From Chiloscyllium plagiosum (taxonomy: Eukaryota): a DNA stretch of 64,000 nt. This document shows positions 26,286 through 39,489 of the stretch, piece after piece (the stretch's first letter is position 1; every line of letters begins with the position of its first letter). The translations under genes were made by a program, and so were the position numbers. The stretch spans positions 90,611,756-90,675,755 of the forward strand of contig NC_057719.1 of the NCBI RefSeq assembly GCF_004010195.1, written 5' to 3'. The notes under the pieces are model-generated. The model was not told where the DNA came from. It saw only the letters and a program-made list of their open reading frames with translations, and made no database searches.

Positions 26286-27314
26286 TGGACACAGAGTCTG
26301 GAGAGAGATTAGGAGTAATAACTAAAACTGTGGTCTAAGAACCAAAGGTTAAAAATGACCTCAAGGAGAGGTAAAGATAGATTAGATAGAGGCCATTCAA
26401 CCCATTGACCCTCTGAGTAGAGTATTGGGCTGGTTAAGCATGGAGGCAGTAATGCTATAAGGGAGAGTTAGAGACACAGCTGGGCTTGGTAGAGTGAAGA
26501 GATGGAACTAAGTGAACTTTGCAATAGAGAGCTCATGGGTTTGGACAATTAGCTGAATTGATATTATTGCTTCTCATTCCAAGACTAGCATTTGTCCCTG
26601 TACAAATCATGAGTATGACATCAGTTAATATAAACTATCTGAATGATATTAAATGTTTCACATGTTAAATGTCACATTGGTCTCGTGTTAACATGGGCAT
26701 GGGTCTGCTGTACTGAGAGATACAGTCTTTCAGATCAAACGTTAACATAGAAAAACATAGAAGAATACAGCGCAGTACAGGCCCTTTGGCCCTCGATGTT
26801 GTGCCGATCCAAGCCCACCTAACCTACACTAGCCCACTATCCTCCATGTTAAACAGAGAACCAGAATGTTTTCAAGTCGACAAAAGTGCTGTCACAACTA
26901 AGATAGCTAGATTGTAAAGGATAGAACTAGAGCCTAGCAAATGCCTATTTAAATTTCTTAGAGAGACAAATTCAACGAGCATGATTTCAGTATGCTACTG
27001 TAAGAGTTAAAACCCACCACCTGAATACAATTAAATATTCAACTGATGTACAATTTACAAATAACTGTTTGTAGCTGCAGATTTTGTTCAATGTCCTGGT
27101 TAATAATTAGCTTTCAACCAATTTTCACTAAAAAAGATAATATGGTTATTTTTATTGGTGTAACTTTGCTGTGCTGTTACATTTGTCTACAGAGTGACAG
27201 TGGTTGTACTTCCCAAGTAGTTCACTTTATGGAGGAACATTTTTGAAATCCCTTGAAGTTATGAAAGATAAAAATGTGAGTTAATTATTTGACCTTTTTA
27301 GAAGCAAATCATAT

Positions 27315-27621
27315 TGGGGGCAGCACAGTGGCTCACTGCTGCCTCACAGCTCCAGGGACCTGGGTTTGATTCCACCTGTATGAAGTTTGCACATTCTCCC
27401 TATGTCTGCGTGGGTTTCCTCTGGGTGCTCCGGTCTCCTCCCACAATCCAAAAAATGTGCAGGTCAGATGAATTGGCCATGCTAAATTGCCCATAGTGTC
27501 AGGTTCATTAGTCAGGGGTAAATGTGGAGGAATGGGTCTGGATGGGTTACTCTTTGGAAGATCGGTGTGAACTTGTTGGGCCAAAGGGCCTGTTTCCACA
27601 CTGTAGGGAATCTAATCTAAT
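27315..27621 (+). mobile_element. HE1-type SINE
   Basis: Head, body and AATCT tail. Confidence 0.85.
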
Positions 27622-27999
27622 CATGAGAAATACAACGATTCTTTAATCTGATGTTGCTTGGAGATGAAATGAGTACAGATGTGAGAAACTAAGTACAGTG
27701 AGATGGTGTAGAATCTGTGTGGCTAGAATTGAGGAACTACAAGGGTAAAACCAAAACCGTAATTGGAGTTATGTATAGGCCTGCAAATAGTAATCAGGAG
27801 CCAGGAATCGCTACAAACAGGGAGCGTCCCAATATCTTGCAGGTGACAGGTGCGATTAGTCGATAATGTTGGACCTTTTTCTCCTTTCTTTTGGACATGA
27901 GGACAGAAGTATGCCATTCATCTTGTCTAGCTTGCCCTGCAATTCAATGGCTGTTTAAATCTTCAGTGGCTTTTACCCATCCTATCCTCATAATCTCAT

Positions 28000-29930
28000 A
28001 TGACATAGATAATCAGCATCTATCAATCACTACCTGAAACGTACTTAAAGACCGAGCTTCCACAGTTCCTAAAGTTCACAACCCCCCAAGTAAAACAGTT
28101 TCTCCGTATCTTATACTTAAGCGGCAAGTCCCTTAATTTTTTTATTTGTGCGCCACCCCCCACCCCAACCTCTGTTCTAGACTATGCAACCAGGGAAATT
28201 ATCTTAACTGCATCTACTCTGTCCATCACATAACGTAGTTTGTATGTTTTAATGAGATCACCTTGCATTCTTTGGAACTTCAGAGAAGACAGGCTGGTTT
28301 TACCCAATCTCTCTTCAGAGGGCAGTATCATTATTCCAGGAATAAGTCTGGTGAATCTTCATTGCACTTCCTGTATAGAAATAATATCTTTGCTGAGATG
28401 AAGAGACCAGAACAATACACAATACTCCAGCTGTGGTCTAACCAAATACCAAGAAATTTACTTTTCCCTTTCCATTTAGTTGTTGTGGTTACCGCAAAAC
28501 TGGAGTAGCCCTGAGACTTGATAATGGAACCTTTTTGGTTTAGTCATGTAAACTGATGAACACACTGGGTGAAATCAGTACAAGATTGTTTGTTTGTATT
28601 ATTGTCAATAGAATGTAAATGAAAAAGAAATATATGTTAAATTCTGTGCATGTAAGGGCAACTTATAAAATTAGGGTTTGTTTTTGCTTGTTCATAAGAA
28701 ATGACAGTATTAATGGTTTTAGCAATATAGTTATTGTGTCAGGACAGGGCTTCATCAAACAAATTAATGAATTTTTAAATTAATTTCTTGTTTTGAGATA
28801 ATTTTCCAATCAATTCTTGAAAGACCATGTGATGCAATGGATTAAAAAAAATGACATTTTATCAAGTACAAATGACAAAATTGGAAGTCTAGCATCAAAA
28901 ACAGAATTGCTGGGGAAACTCCAATCTCACAGCATCTGTAGAGAGAAACCAAACATGGCAAGCTAGACAAGTTGAATGGCCTACTTCTGTCATTTCGAAT
29001 CCAGTGACTTTTCTCCAGAACTCAGGAACTTTAGCATGTCTGACTGAATGTGGAAATGGAATGTTTGCTCTATCTTTCGACATAACAAAAGCAGTTTTGA
29101 TGCACTAATGCCCACTGTAAAGTATATTTGCTTACATTAGTTCATCTCTCCTCCAGAGAAAATGCAGAAGGATCGAGTATAATTGTGCAAGTGGATGACA
29201 AGGTAGCCAGCATCAGAAATATAAAGGTAAGTGGCTCTCTGTATGGACCTGTATCTCCAAGTGGTGACCCATTTAAGACAGGATTGTTTTTCTGAAGGTA
29301 GTCAACCTGTGTTGTTATCTCATGCAGAGGGCTGTTGAGGCTGGCTCGTTAAGTAAGTTCAAGGCTGAGATAGAGAGATTTTTAATCACTAAGGGAATCA
29401 AAGGTAAGGCAAGAAAGTGGAGTTGAGGATTATCAGATCAGCCATGATGTTGTTGAATGTGGAGCAGAACTGATGGGCTGAATGGCCTGCATCTGCTCCT
29501 ATGTCTTGTGATTTCATGTTCTTCACCCTCTTATCTATCAAAAATCTAACACAGCCTTGAGTATATTCAATATCCCAGCCTTCACTGGGGTACAGTGAGA
29601 GTCATTGTGTATGTGTGTGTGTGTGTCTGTATCCCAGTGAGAGTCTGTGTGCGGGACTGTACCCCAGTCTAACAACCATCAGAGAGAAAAAAGTTTTCCT
29701 TATCTCTGTTTTATAAGCGAGATCCCTCCCTCTTAAACCATGTTCTGAGTTTTTAGTTCTTCTACAAGGAAAAATGTCCTCTCCGGATCTGCCCTGTCAA
29801 ATCTAATCCGGATCTTGTATACTCTAATAGAATTGCCTCTTATTCTTCTGAAATCCAGTGGAAGCAGGCCCTGTTCACCCTTTCTTCCTAAGTTAAACCT
29901 TCATCCCAGTTGTGTTTAATCTATCAAACC
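28000..29930. mobile_element. Decayed LINE 3' fragments flanking STARD9 exon 2 (28000-28450 minus, 29265-29520 plus, 29520-29930 minus)
   Basis: Similarity to the LINE tails at 13500-13900 and 48800-49160. Confidence 0.55.
29157..29226 (+). CDS. STARD9: STARD9 coding exon 2
   Basis: Acceptor tctctcctccAG, donor AAG|GTAAGT, 70 nt; completes the Arg codon then ENAEGSSIIVQVDDKVASIRNIK (compare recalled human ETKEGGRIIVEVDGKVAKIRNLK); phases fit exons 1 and 3. Confidence 0.93.
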
Positions 29931-30262
29931 TTCTGTGTTTGAATTCCCTCATAATAAACATATTTGCATGCACCAGGACACCCAGAACCCCCTCTGTGTC
30001 CTAACCTATTTCCAGGTTGACAAACATTCTTGTCTGTAACTTTAAAAAAATGCTTAAGTTTTCTCTAATGGTTTCAAGAAAAAAATGCATTACTACTTAG
30101 AAGCTTCATGCATGCAAACAAATATGAAAAAATTGTGTTGCCCTCTTTGTTGTGCTTGCCGTAAATATGTATAGCACAAAAGGAGACCAGTTTTGTTATA
30201 CACTCCTGGGATGTGGACATCATGGGCCAGACCCAGGATTTACTGGCCACACCTAATTAAGA

Positions 30263-30851
30263 CCAGGAGAAATTGTGGACTGCAAATGCTGGAGATCAGA
30301 GTAAAAGTGTGGCGCTGGAAAAGCACAGCTGGTCAGACAGCATCCGAGGAGCAGGAGATTAGACATTTCAAGCATAAGGAATGTTGGAGAGGGCCCAAGG
30401 GGGGAGTTGGGAAGATTGCTAGGAATGCGCTAGGTAGATGAAGGTGGGGGGTGTGATGGTGATAGGTCGGAGCGGAGTGTGGAGTGGATAGGTTGGAAGG
30501 AAGGATAGGTCGGAGCGGAGTGTGGAGTGGATAGGTTGGAAGGAAGATGGACAGGTAGGACAGTTCAAGGGGATGGTGCTGAGTTGGATGGTTGGATCTG
30601 GGTTAAGATGGGGGGGGGGGGGGGGGGGGGAGAGGAAATGAGGAAATGGTGAAATTCTTGGTCCCAAGGTGGAAGATGTTTGTCCTCTAATTGTCAGGTG
30701 GCTAGGATTTGGCCTTCCCACTTATCTCTCAGCCTCCTCGGGAACCAACACCCACATTCCTGATGAAGAGCTTATGTTCGAATCGTCGACTCTCCTGCTC
30801 TTCGGATGCTGCCTGACTCGTTGTGCTTTTCCAGCACCACACTATTTGACC
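30263..30851. mobile_element. Non-coding PLE terminal-repeat element with inverted ends
   Basis: Same terminal sequence as 21535-23501 at both ends in opposite orientation; 11-bp TSD CCTAATTAAGA at 30252-30262 and 30852-30862; internal 43-bp tandem duplication at 30461-30546. Confidence 0.8.
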
Positions 30852-31790
30852 CCTAATTAAGATTGCTGTGGATCTGGCATCAGATGTAAGTCAGAAGCAT
30901 GAGGATAGTAGTTTCCCTTCCCGAAACAGTGAGCCAAATGGGTTTTTCCTGACCATTAACAACAGTTTCATCGTCCTTAACAGACTCTTAAATTCAGATT
31001 TAAAAAAAATTGAATTCAAATTCCCCCATGTGCCATGGCAGGATTTGAACCTGGGTCCTAGAACATTACCTGGGTTTCTGGAATAATTTCCTTGTGCTTT
31101 TACCTCCAGATGTTTAATTTCAAACTAGTTTTGAATTTAGATTTATCAAGATAGTAAACTTTCTTTTGAGCAGTAAATAATTTAGACAGTTTAGGGTGGA
31201 ATTTGAATTTTCTGTCCTTGAGGATGTCCATTGTTCAAAGCATCTGGATAATTGTTTTCTATGTCTAAATCTGATAGGACTAGCTGTGCTGTTTTCTATC
31301 ATGAGTATTGTTAGCAGCTGAATGTGATTAGGGTAAACAGGAAACCTGAAACTGTAGGGAAAGAATTCTTGGTTTTAAAAAATGACTTTAACCTATTGAA
31401 TGCTGAAAGCTCTTGGCTTTAAATTAAGATATTAGGGTGCAATGTGGAGATTAGATTTTATAATTATGTATTATTCATGAAACATATTTGCAGCTCAAAT
31501 GCTTTACTGAAACACGATTTGCGTCAGAAAATTCCTATGTAGATTAAGTAATCAAGTTTAAAAACAAGGAAACATGATGGTTTTTTTAATGCTAGGAAAA
31601 CCTTAGGTAACAGGGAAGTGGTGAATGGAATATTAAAAGAAAGGATAAAAATTTTAAATCAGTACCCATTCCCACATTGCAAACTCTGAATTAGATGCAG
31701 TGTTCATAGCTTAAGGATTTCTTTGAGAACCTAAACCATGCAAGGTACAGGTACTTTTCTGTTTTGCAACTTAAATTTGTTGAATTTCTT

Positions 31791-32135
31791 AGGGGCGGCA
31801 CAGTGACACAGTTAGCACGGCTACCTCACAGTGCCAGGGATCAAGGTTTGACTCCAGCCTTGGGTGACTGTCTGTGTGGAGTTTGCACATTCCCCTTGCA
31901 TCTGCATGGTTTCTGCTGGTTGCTCTGGTTTCCTTCCACAATCCAAAGCTGTGCAGATTAGGTGGATTGGCCATGATAAATTGTTGTGTGGTGTTTAGGG
32001 ATGTGCATGCTAGATGGAGTAGCCATGGTAAATGTGGGATTATGGAGATTGGATGGGTCTGGATGAGATGCTCTTTGGAGGGTCAGTGCAGAATCGATCA
32101 GTCACTTGGTCTCTATCTTGTCAGTATGGATTGTA
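31791..32135 (+). mobile_element. HE1-type SINE, older copy
   Basis: Diverged head, body and tail. Confidence 0.78.
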
Positions 32136-32324
32136 TGAAAAATAAATTCTCTCATAAAAAGCTCAGGTTTTCTCTCTCAAGTAGGTAGTAGGAATTTCCC
32201 AGTTCACCACACCTGCCTTGGCAGAAACTCTTGTAAACGGAGGGATCTTTGGGGTGGGGGCGCGTTGGGATGGGCAAGTGTGGGAACCTGCAGGATAGAG
32301 TTGGTCTTTTGCTTCCAGAGATAG

Positions 32325-32544
32325 TCAAAACATGTGGTGCTGGAAAAGCACAGCTGGTTAGACAGCATGCGAGGAGCAGGAGAGTGACGTTTTGAGCATG
32401 GGCTCTTCATCAGGATTCCTGATGAAGAGCTCATGCTTGAAATGTCGACTGTCCTGCTGCTCGGATGCTGCCTGACCAGCTGTGCTTTTGCAGCACCACA
32501 TTTTTTGACTCTGATCTCCAGTATCTGCAGTCCTCACTTTCTCC
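32325..32544. mobile_element. Palindromic short PLE-derived element in STARD9 intron 2
   Basis: Inverted arms around axis 32416 (catcagga-t-tcctgatg); imperfect 15-bp TSD (12/15) at 32310-32324 and 32545-32559. Confidence 0.82.
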
Positions 32545-33359
32545 TGTTTTCTGAGATAGGGCAGACAAAGCTGCTGGGATTGCTAAGTGCTGCAGTGGCT
32601 GTTTAAAAGGTCTGCCTCATTTATTTAGTTATATCTTAGACTTCCTAGCCCTCACCTTTCTCAGCCTGTTAGCACTATGGCTCCTTATAGGACACATCAT
32701 GATTTCATGCCAATCTACTGACCACTTTTACACATTTTGTGCCTACTTACCCAGTGTCCACGATGGGCAGACCTTAGTAGAGACATTGAATTGAAATAAA
32801 TGAACGTTCCGAATATCTGTACATTCTTCACTATGTTTTTTAAAAAAACTCCCATTCATGAAAGTTCATTCAAAACACTTTAGTCCCCTCAAGTATTTAA
32901 TCACTTATAAAATGGGCTTGCATTCATAACTTCACGTGACAAAACGGCTCATTCTTTAATAAACTTGGAATGTCATGGTAAGATAATAGTTTTTGGAAAT
33001 AGCCAAGTGTTAACACTGAACTAACTATAGCCCTTAAGGTACTGTCAAAAAACCGCAACCATTACATGTTAAAACAAATTTATTTTTAATCTCTCACTGA
33101 CACAGGCTGTTTTTAATTTTGGCAGCTCAGTGCTTAGCATTGCTGCATCACAGTGCAAGGGACCTAGGTTCAATTCCACCCCTGTCGGTGGACTGATTCT
33201 ATAAAAGAATTGGGGATTTAAATAACTTATGAGTTTGACAGTTGGACAAAATTTATCTGCTTGTGAAGTATTTATGTCTGTTCTGATAACTTATGAATAT
33301 GTGAGCAAGGAACAAGACTAGATTACTCAACCCTTTGAGCTTGCTCCAGGTTCAGTAAC

Positions 33360-33655
33360 AGAATCATAGATTTCCTACAGTGTGGAAGCAGGCCATTTGG
33401 CCCATTGAATACACGCTGACCCTCCAAAGACCATCCCACCCATATCCCTATCACCCTGCATTTTCCCATGGCTAATCCACCTAGCCTGCATATCCCTGGA
33501 TGCTATGGGCATGACCAGTCCACCTAATCTGCACATCTTTGGACTGTGGGAGGAAACCTACACAGGCACAAGGAGAATGTGCAAACTCCACACAGTCAGC
33601 AGCCAAGGGGTTTATGTGGCACTGTGAGGCAGCAGTGAGTCACCATACCACACCA
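33360..33655 (-). mobile_element. HE1-type SINE
   Basis: Reverse-strand copy. Confidence 0.8.
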
Positions 33656-34194
33656 TATCCATAAGATCATGTCTGATCTGATTTTAAACTAAATTCTACA
33701 TTCCTGCAAACCCTCAATAATATTTCATCCCCGTGTTAATCACGAATCTATCTACCTCTGTCTGAAAAACATTACAAAATTTGTAACTCCCACTTTTGCT
33801 ACAGTAAAAATGGTGTTGTTTGAATTCAACGCTGAGATCAAATGGCCTTGCTGAGTTTGTGTTTCTCTTGCATTTAAGCCATGCTTCACCCTCTCTCCCT
33901 TATTGGCGAAAATGAGATTTACTCGAAATGATCTTGTGGGGCCTGGCTTTTTGGAAGCTGCACGATGTCTTTGACTCTTTTTAAAAAAAAATCTATGCCA
34001 AATATTTGCCTTGTCACAGTTTTAAAGTGTCTGCACATAAAGTTTTAGAATATTATTGCATTAGAAGTGTTGAAAGATTAAAACTGTTGTGGAGCAATTC
34101 TTTATTTCTTAGTCTATACCTTAAAAATTGAACAAAGGACATTACAGAACTGAAACAGCTTAATTAATGCAATAGGATATTTTTCAGGCTTGAT

Positions 34195-36420
34195 GAAAGT
34201 TTGTGGAGTTCCCCAAGATCAGTATTAGGTCCTTAACTTTTCCTGACACACACACGTAAGTGCAGGGGACAATTTCAAAGTTTGTGGATGGTGCTAAACC
34301 TAGAATCACTGTAAACTGTGAGGAGGACAGTGTAGAACTTCAGAACAATATGATAAGTTGGTGTAATGGACAGATGAAGATCTATGTGGAGAAGTTCAGG
34401 TTATATACTTTGGTAGAAAGAACATGACCAGACTTTATAAAGTATAGGTATTACTTTAAAGCAGGTGCAGGGGTCGAATGACCTGGCTGGATATTTCCAT
34501 AATCATTAAAAGGGCAAGATATGTGGAGAATGATAATAAATCTACAGTATCGTAAGCTTTATTGATAAGGGCCTAGAGTACAAGAGCAGGGAGATTATCT
34601 TGAACTTGTATTTGAAGCTAGTTACACCCCAGCTGGAGTATTGTGTACACTTCTGAGGACCACACTTTAGGGAGGGTGTGAATGCATTGGGGAGAGATTG
34701 GGGACCAGGTTACAAGAGTGGTTCCAGGAATGAGAAACTTCAGTTATGAGGAAATATTGGAGAAGTTGGGACTGTTTTCTGTGGAGAGGACAATGTTAAG
34801 AGGAGATTTGTTATAAGGTTTCAAAATAATGATGTCCGGACAGAGTGAATAGGGAGAAACTTTAAATGATCAAGAGCGAGAGGGCACAGGTTTAGTGATT
34901 TGCAACATAACAACTTTTTCGCCTACCATTCAGAAAAAGACCCATTTGTTCTTATGCATCTTGTTTCTTTAGCTTTTTTTTTAATCTACCTCAATACAAT
35001 ATCTCCAATTCTTTGTATTTTAATTTTGCACATTAATTTCTGAGATGGGACTTTGTTGAAAGCCTTCTGAAAGTCCAAATAAACTACATAGAATCATAAA
35101 TTCCCTACAGCGCAGAAAGAGGCCATTTGGCCCCAATCTGTACCGACTCTCTGAAGACTATCCCACCCAGACCCATCCTCCCTAATTAATAGAATCCGTA
35201 GAATCCCCACAGTTTGGAAACACGCCTTTCAGCTGAATACGTCCACAGCAACCCTCTGAAGAGTATCCCACCGAGACCTGTTCCTGTAACCCTGCATTTC
35301 CCATGGTTCACTTACATATCCCTGAACATTATGGATAATTTAGCACGGCCAATCCACCTAACCTTTACATCTTTAAACTGTGGGAGGAAACTGGAGCATG
35401 AGGCGGAAACCCACACAGACACTGTGAGAACGTGCAAACTCCTCACATGCAGTTGCCGGAGGGTCCCTGGCACTGTGAGGCAGCAGTGCTAACTACCAAG
35501 CTGCCATGCTCCCCATAGCCACTGGCTCCCATAATCCATTGACTCCCTGATCATCTCTACTAGTTACATCCTCAAAAAACTACAGTAGATTTCCCTTTTA
35601 CAAATCCATGCTGACTTTGTCTGATTTTACCACTGTTTTCCAAGTGTTCTGCTATAAAATCCTTGATAATGGATTCCACCAACTTCCCATCGTAATATAA
35701 CTAACTTGTAATTCCCTGATTTCTCTCCACCTCCCTTTTTAAAACGTGCATTTACATTAGCTACCTCCAGTTTGTAGGAACTGTTCCAGGATCAAGCAAA
35801 TCTCGGAAAATGACCTTCAATGCGTGCACTGTTTCTAGGGCTACTTCCTTAATTACTTTGGAATATCGATTATCAAAGTTTGTGGGAATTTATCAGCCTT
35901 CAATCTCACCAATTTCTCCCAACATCATTTTTCAACTAGTACATAATTACTTTAATTCCTCCCCCTCTTTAAACCCTATCAGTTCTGGTGTTATTTGTGT
36001 CCTGTTTTGTGAAGACAGAAACAAAGTATGAATTTAGTTAGTCAACCATTCCTTCTTTCCCCATTATAAATTCTTCCATTTCTGAATGTAATTTTCACCA
36101 ATCATTTCCCTTTACATGCCTACAGAACTTGTATAGTCAGTTCTTAAGTTCTCCAGAACCTATCCTCAGATCTATTGTTTTTCTTCTTGCCAACTTAAAT
36201 GCCTGCAATACTATCTCTAACTTCACTGTTAAGCCATTGTTTGGCTACTGTTCTCTTTACTCTTGCACCAGACAGGAATAAACAATTTTTGTGGTTCACT
36301 TATTCATTCTTTGAATGTTTGTCATTGCCTATCCACTATCATTGTTTTCAGTAACATTCCCAATCTATCACAGCCAACCCATGCCCCATATCATCTTAGT
36401 TTCCATTATTAAGATGCTGG
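34195..36420. mobile_element. Decayed CR1 LINE fragments (plus 34195-34915, minus 34920-36420) with nested HE1 SINEs
   Basis: GVPQGSVLG-like and cagctggagtattgtgt remnants. Confidence 0.65.
35090..35515 (-). mobile_element. HE1-type SINE plus an extra tail fragment
   Basis: Two adjacent tail segments, then body and head. Confidence 0.78.
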
Positions 36421-37454
36421 ACTTTTCTTGTGCCTTTGCAAACTGTGTGTCTCGCTGTATTGTAAAGAATGCTGCATGTTGATCTTAGTAATCTCATACC
36501 CTACAGAACAGTTGCCACCTTCTAGATAGCATTGGCAATTGTATGTTGGGGGATGTAAAATTCCTCAATCGATCCAAGTGACTGACCATGCTAAACTAAA
36601 TGTAGACATACAAGTCCAGCTACTGAATAGCATTAATTAATCAATTATTTTGATTAAGTATGGAATTATGGCATGATTGAAGGAACACAAAAGGTCACAG
36701 TCATTGTTATACATCATGAAAACAGACCCTTCGGTCCAACCAGTCCATGCCGAACATAATCCCAAACTAAACTACCACCTGCCTGCTAACTGATGCTTGG
36801 CTGACTTTGTTGTTGTAAACTGATAGTATAGTCATAGAATCATTCAAGGATATTTAATTTAGAGTCAAAGAGATTGACAGCACCATTGTGTGCACACCGG
36901 TCAACAATAACCAACTTACTCATCTATTCCCATTTCCAGTTCTTGGCCCATAGCCTTGTATGTTTTGGTACCATAAGTGCACATGTATATACTACTTACA
37001 TGTTATGAGGGTTTCTGCCTTTACCACCCTGACATTTGGTGAGTTTCAGATTCCCACCGACCCCTTTAGGTGAGAATTGTTTTCCCTTATTTCCTCTAAG
37101 CCTTCTGTCTTCCCCTTACCTTAAATTTATGCCTGTTGGTCAGTGATTTGTCTGTCACAGGGAAAAGTTTCTTTCTGTTTAGTTTGTCCATGCTCCTAAT
37201 AATTTTATACATCTCAATCATGTCCCCCCTCCTCAATCTCCTCTGCTCTAAGGTAAACAATTCCATTTTGTCCAGTCTCTCTCTTTCTAACTGAAATGCT
37301 TCAGCCCAGACAAGATCCTGGTTAATCTCCTCTGCACCCTCTCCAATGCTATCAAGTCCCTCCTAAAACGTGGGTTCCAAATCTGCACACAATACTGTAG
37401 CTGTGGCCTCATCAACACTTTAGCATAACTTTCCTGCTTTTAAACTCTATGCTA

Positions 37455-37722
37455 TCCTCCAGTCACATGGCAGCAAAATCGATTTCAACAGTTTCTTCAT
37501 TTCCCCTCCTTCCACCTCATCCCAGATCCAGCCCTCCAACTCGGGTCCTCCCACTTGAACTGTCCTACCTGTCCATCTTCCTTCCCACCCCACCCCACCC
37601 TTTTTATCTCTCTGTTCCCCCTCCATATTCCTGATGAAGGGCTTATGCCCAAATGTCAATTCTCTTGCTTCTTGGATGCTGCCTGACCTGCTGTGCTTTT
37701 CCAGCGCCACACTTCTCGACTT
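37455..37722 (+). mobile_element. PLE 3'-end fragment
   Basis: Pyrimidine-rich PLE 3' region followed by the cctgatgaagggc...ttttccagcgccacac terminus; near-TSD AAA(C/T)TCTATGC on both sides. Confidence 0.75.
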
Positions 37723-37899
37723 GAAATTCTATGCCTTGACTAATAAAGGCAGTATCTCACATGCCTTCTTAACCACTTAAGAGATTAATGAACATGCACA
37801 CCAAGATCTCTGTGATCCTCTGTGCTTGCCAGAGTGTTCCTGTTCAACATGTGTTCCATTTCCTTGTTTGTCCTGCCCAAGTGCATCACCTTGCATTTA

Positions 37900-38539
37900 T
37901 AGAGGAACCTCGATTATCTGAATATCAATTATCCAAATATCGGATTATCTGAAGGAAATCTCGAGGTCCCGATAAAAACATTACATCAAAGATGTGTTTC
38001 CAACACTGATTGTGTCTTTTGTTTACAGTGATTAAACAGGAGCCGTCTCCAAATGATTTCCTGCCCTCTCTCTCTCCTCACACTTTCCCTGGAGTTCTAC
38101 ACAGGGGTGTACCCTAAACCTCCCTTCCCCAGATAATCTCTCTAACATTGCCTTGTACAGGACAAAGGTAGAACCTGTCAAAAAGTTGCAGTAAGAGTGT
38201 GTGAGAAAGTGTGTGTGAGTGAGTGTGTGAGACAGACTGTGCGTTTGCTGTTCAGAGACTCACTCCCCCAAAAGGCGGCGGCAGCAGCAGCAGTCTTGTT
38301 GGTGTCTAGTCTGGCTGCGCCAGAGAGGGGTCGGGCAGCGTTAGATGGAATTGGATTGGGGGTGGTGATGGACAGGGTGGGGGGTGTGCACGCTGTGTGC
38401 TGCTGCCTCGTAACCTCAACAGGGAGCAGACTGAAACTCCGAGCCCCAGAGGAAAGGCATTTAATCGGTTAACCGAATAATCGATTATCCGAATGAAATA
38501 GTGCCCGCCCACCTCGTTCGGATAATAGAGGTTCCTCCA
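37900..38539. mobile_element. Non-autonomous Tc1/mariner (pogo/Tigger-like) MITE
   Basis: TIRs including the TA: TATAGAGGAACCTCGATTATCTGAA versus the reverse complement TATGGAGGAACCTCTATTATCCGAA (22/25); TA duplication at 37898-37899 and 38540-38541; the host LINE reads through once the insert is removed. Confidence 0.85.
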
Positions 38540-38654
38540 TATCCAGATTGAATTCCATCTGACCAGCCTATCCATTATCCTCCTGTAATCTAAGGCTGTC
38601 CTCCTCACTATTTACTATCCAACCAATTTTATTTGAAATTGATATTTTTTAATT

Positions 38655-38965
38655 ATAGAATTCTGAGTGTGGAAACAGGCACCTTGGCCCAACATTTTCA
38701 CACCGATCCTCCAAAGAGTAACCCATCCAGACCCATTCACCTACATTTAACCATTGACTAATGCTCCTATCCTCCACATCCAAGAACACTATGGGCAATT
38801 TAGCACACCCAATTCACTCAACCTGCATATCTTTGGATTGTGGGAGGAAACCCACGCAGACACAGGGAAAATGTGCAAACTCTGCACAGACAGTTGCCCG
38901 AGGCTGGAATTGAATCTAGTCCCTGGCGCTGTGAAGCAGCAGTCCTAACTACTGAGCCACCATTA
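38655..38965 (-). mobile_element. HE1-type SINE
   Basis: Reverse-strand copy. Confidence 0.82.
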
Positions 38966-39489
38966 CGCAAATGGCTTAAATGCTGTACTTTACTCCAGAA
39001 TTGATATTTAATCCCTGCCAAGGTGATCTCTATTTGAATTAAATTAATACACCTATTGTCAGCATAAGATATACAAGACGTTTTAAAGCTGGATTAGAGT
39101 AGGTGATGCTGATTGGACTTTGTACTAATGAGCTGGGTTCTTGGTAATTGTGCAGTCTAATGGTAAGCGGTCTGAGTTCATTGTGGTTCATTGTGACATG
39201 ATCTGAAGATTGCTGGTTTGAGTCTTGTTTCTTACTTTCCCTCTCCTAACCATTCCCTTGCCTTCTGTTACCCTTAACAGATTTTGCATGGAAATGATTA
39301 CTTTACAAACATGGGTAATTTACTGTTAGTCATTAGTAGATGAAAAAAGCACCATGGGTGATTTGGTGATGGGAAGAAAAAATATTCAGTTGTTAGAGCG
39401 GTTCTGCATACTTTTAAGAAAAGAAGAAAAAGACCTGGCTTCTTCAGGGCTCTTGTGGTGCAGTGGCAGTGTCAGTGTCGTAGCTTCAT

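Larger units (their letters stand above)
36690..38630 (-). mobile_element. CR1 LINE 3' region hosting a PLE fragment and a MITE
   Basis: Reverse-strand LINE tail and RT C-terminal sequence continuous across the inserts. Confidence 0.7.

Noticed and set aside
33020..33045. taactatagcccttaaggta resembling the 28S rRNA R2/homing endonuclease site
   Set aside because: Short gapped similarity only; no flanking rRNA sequence.
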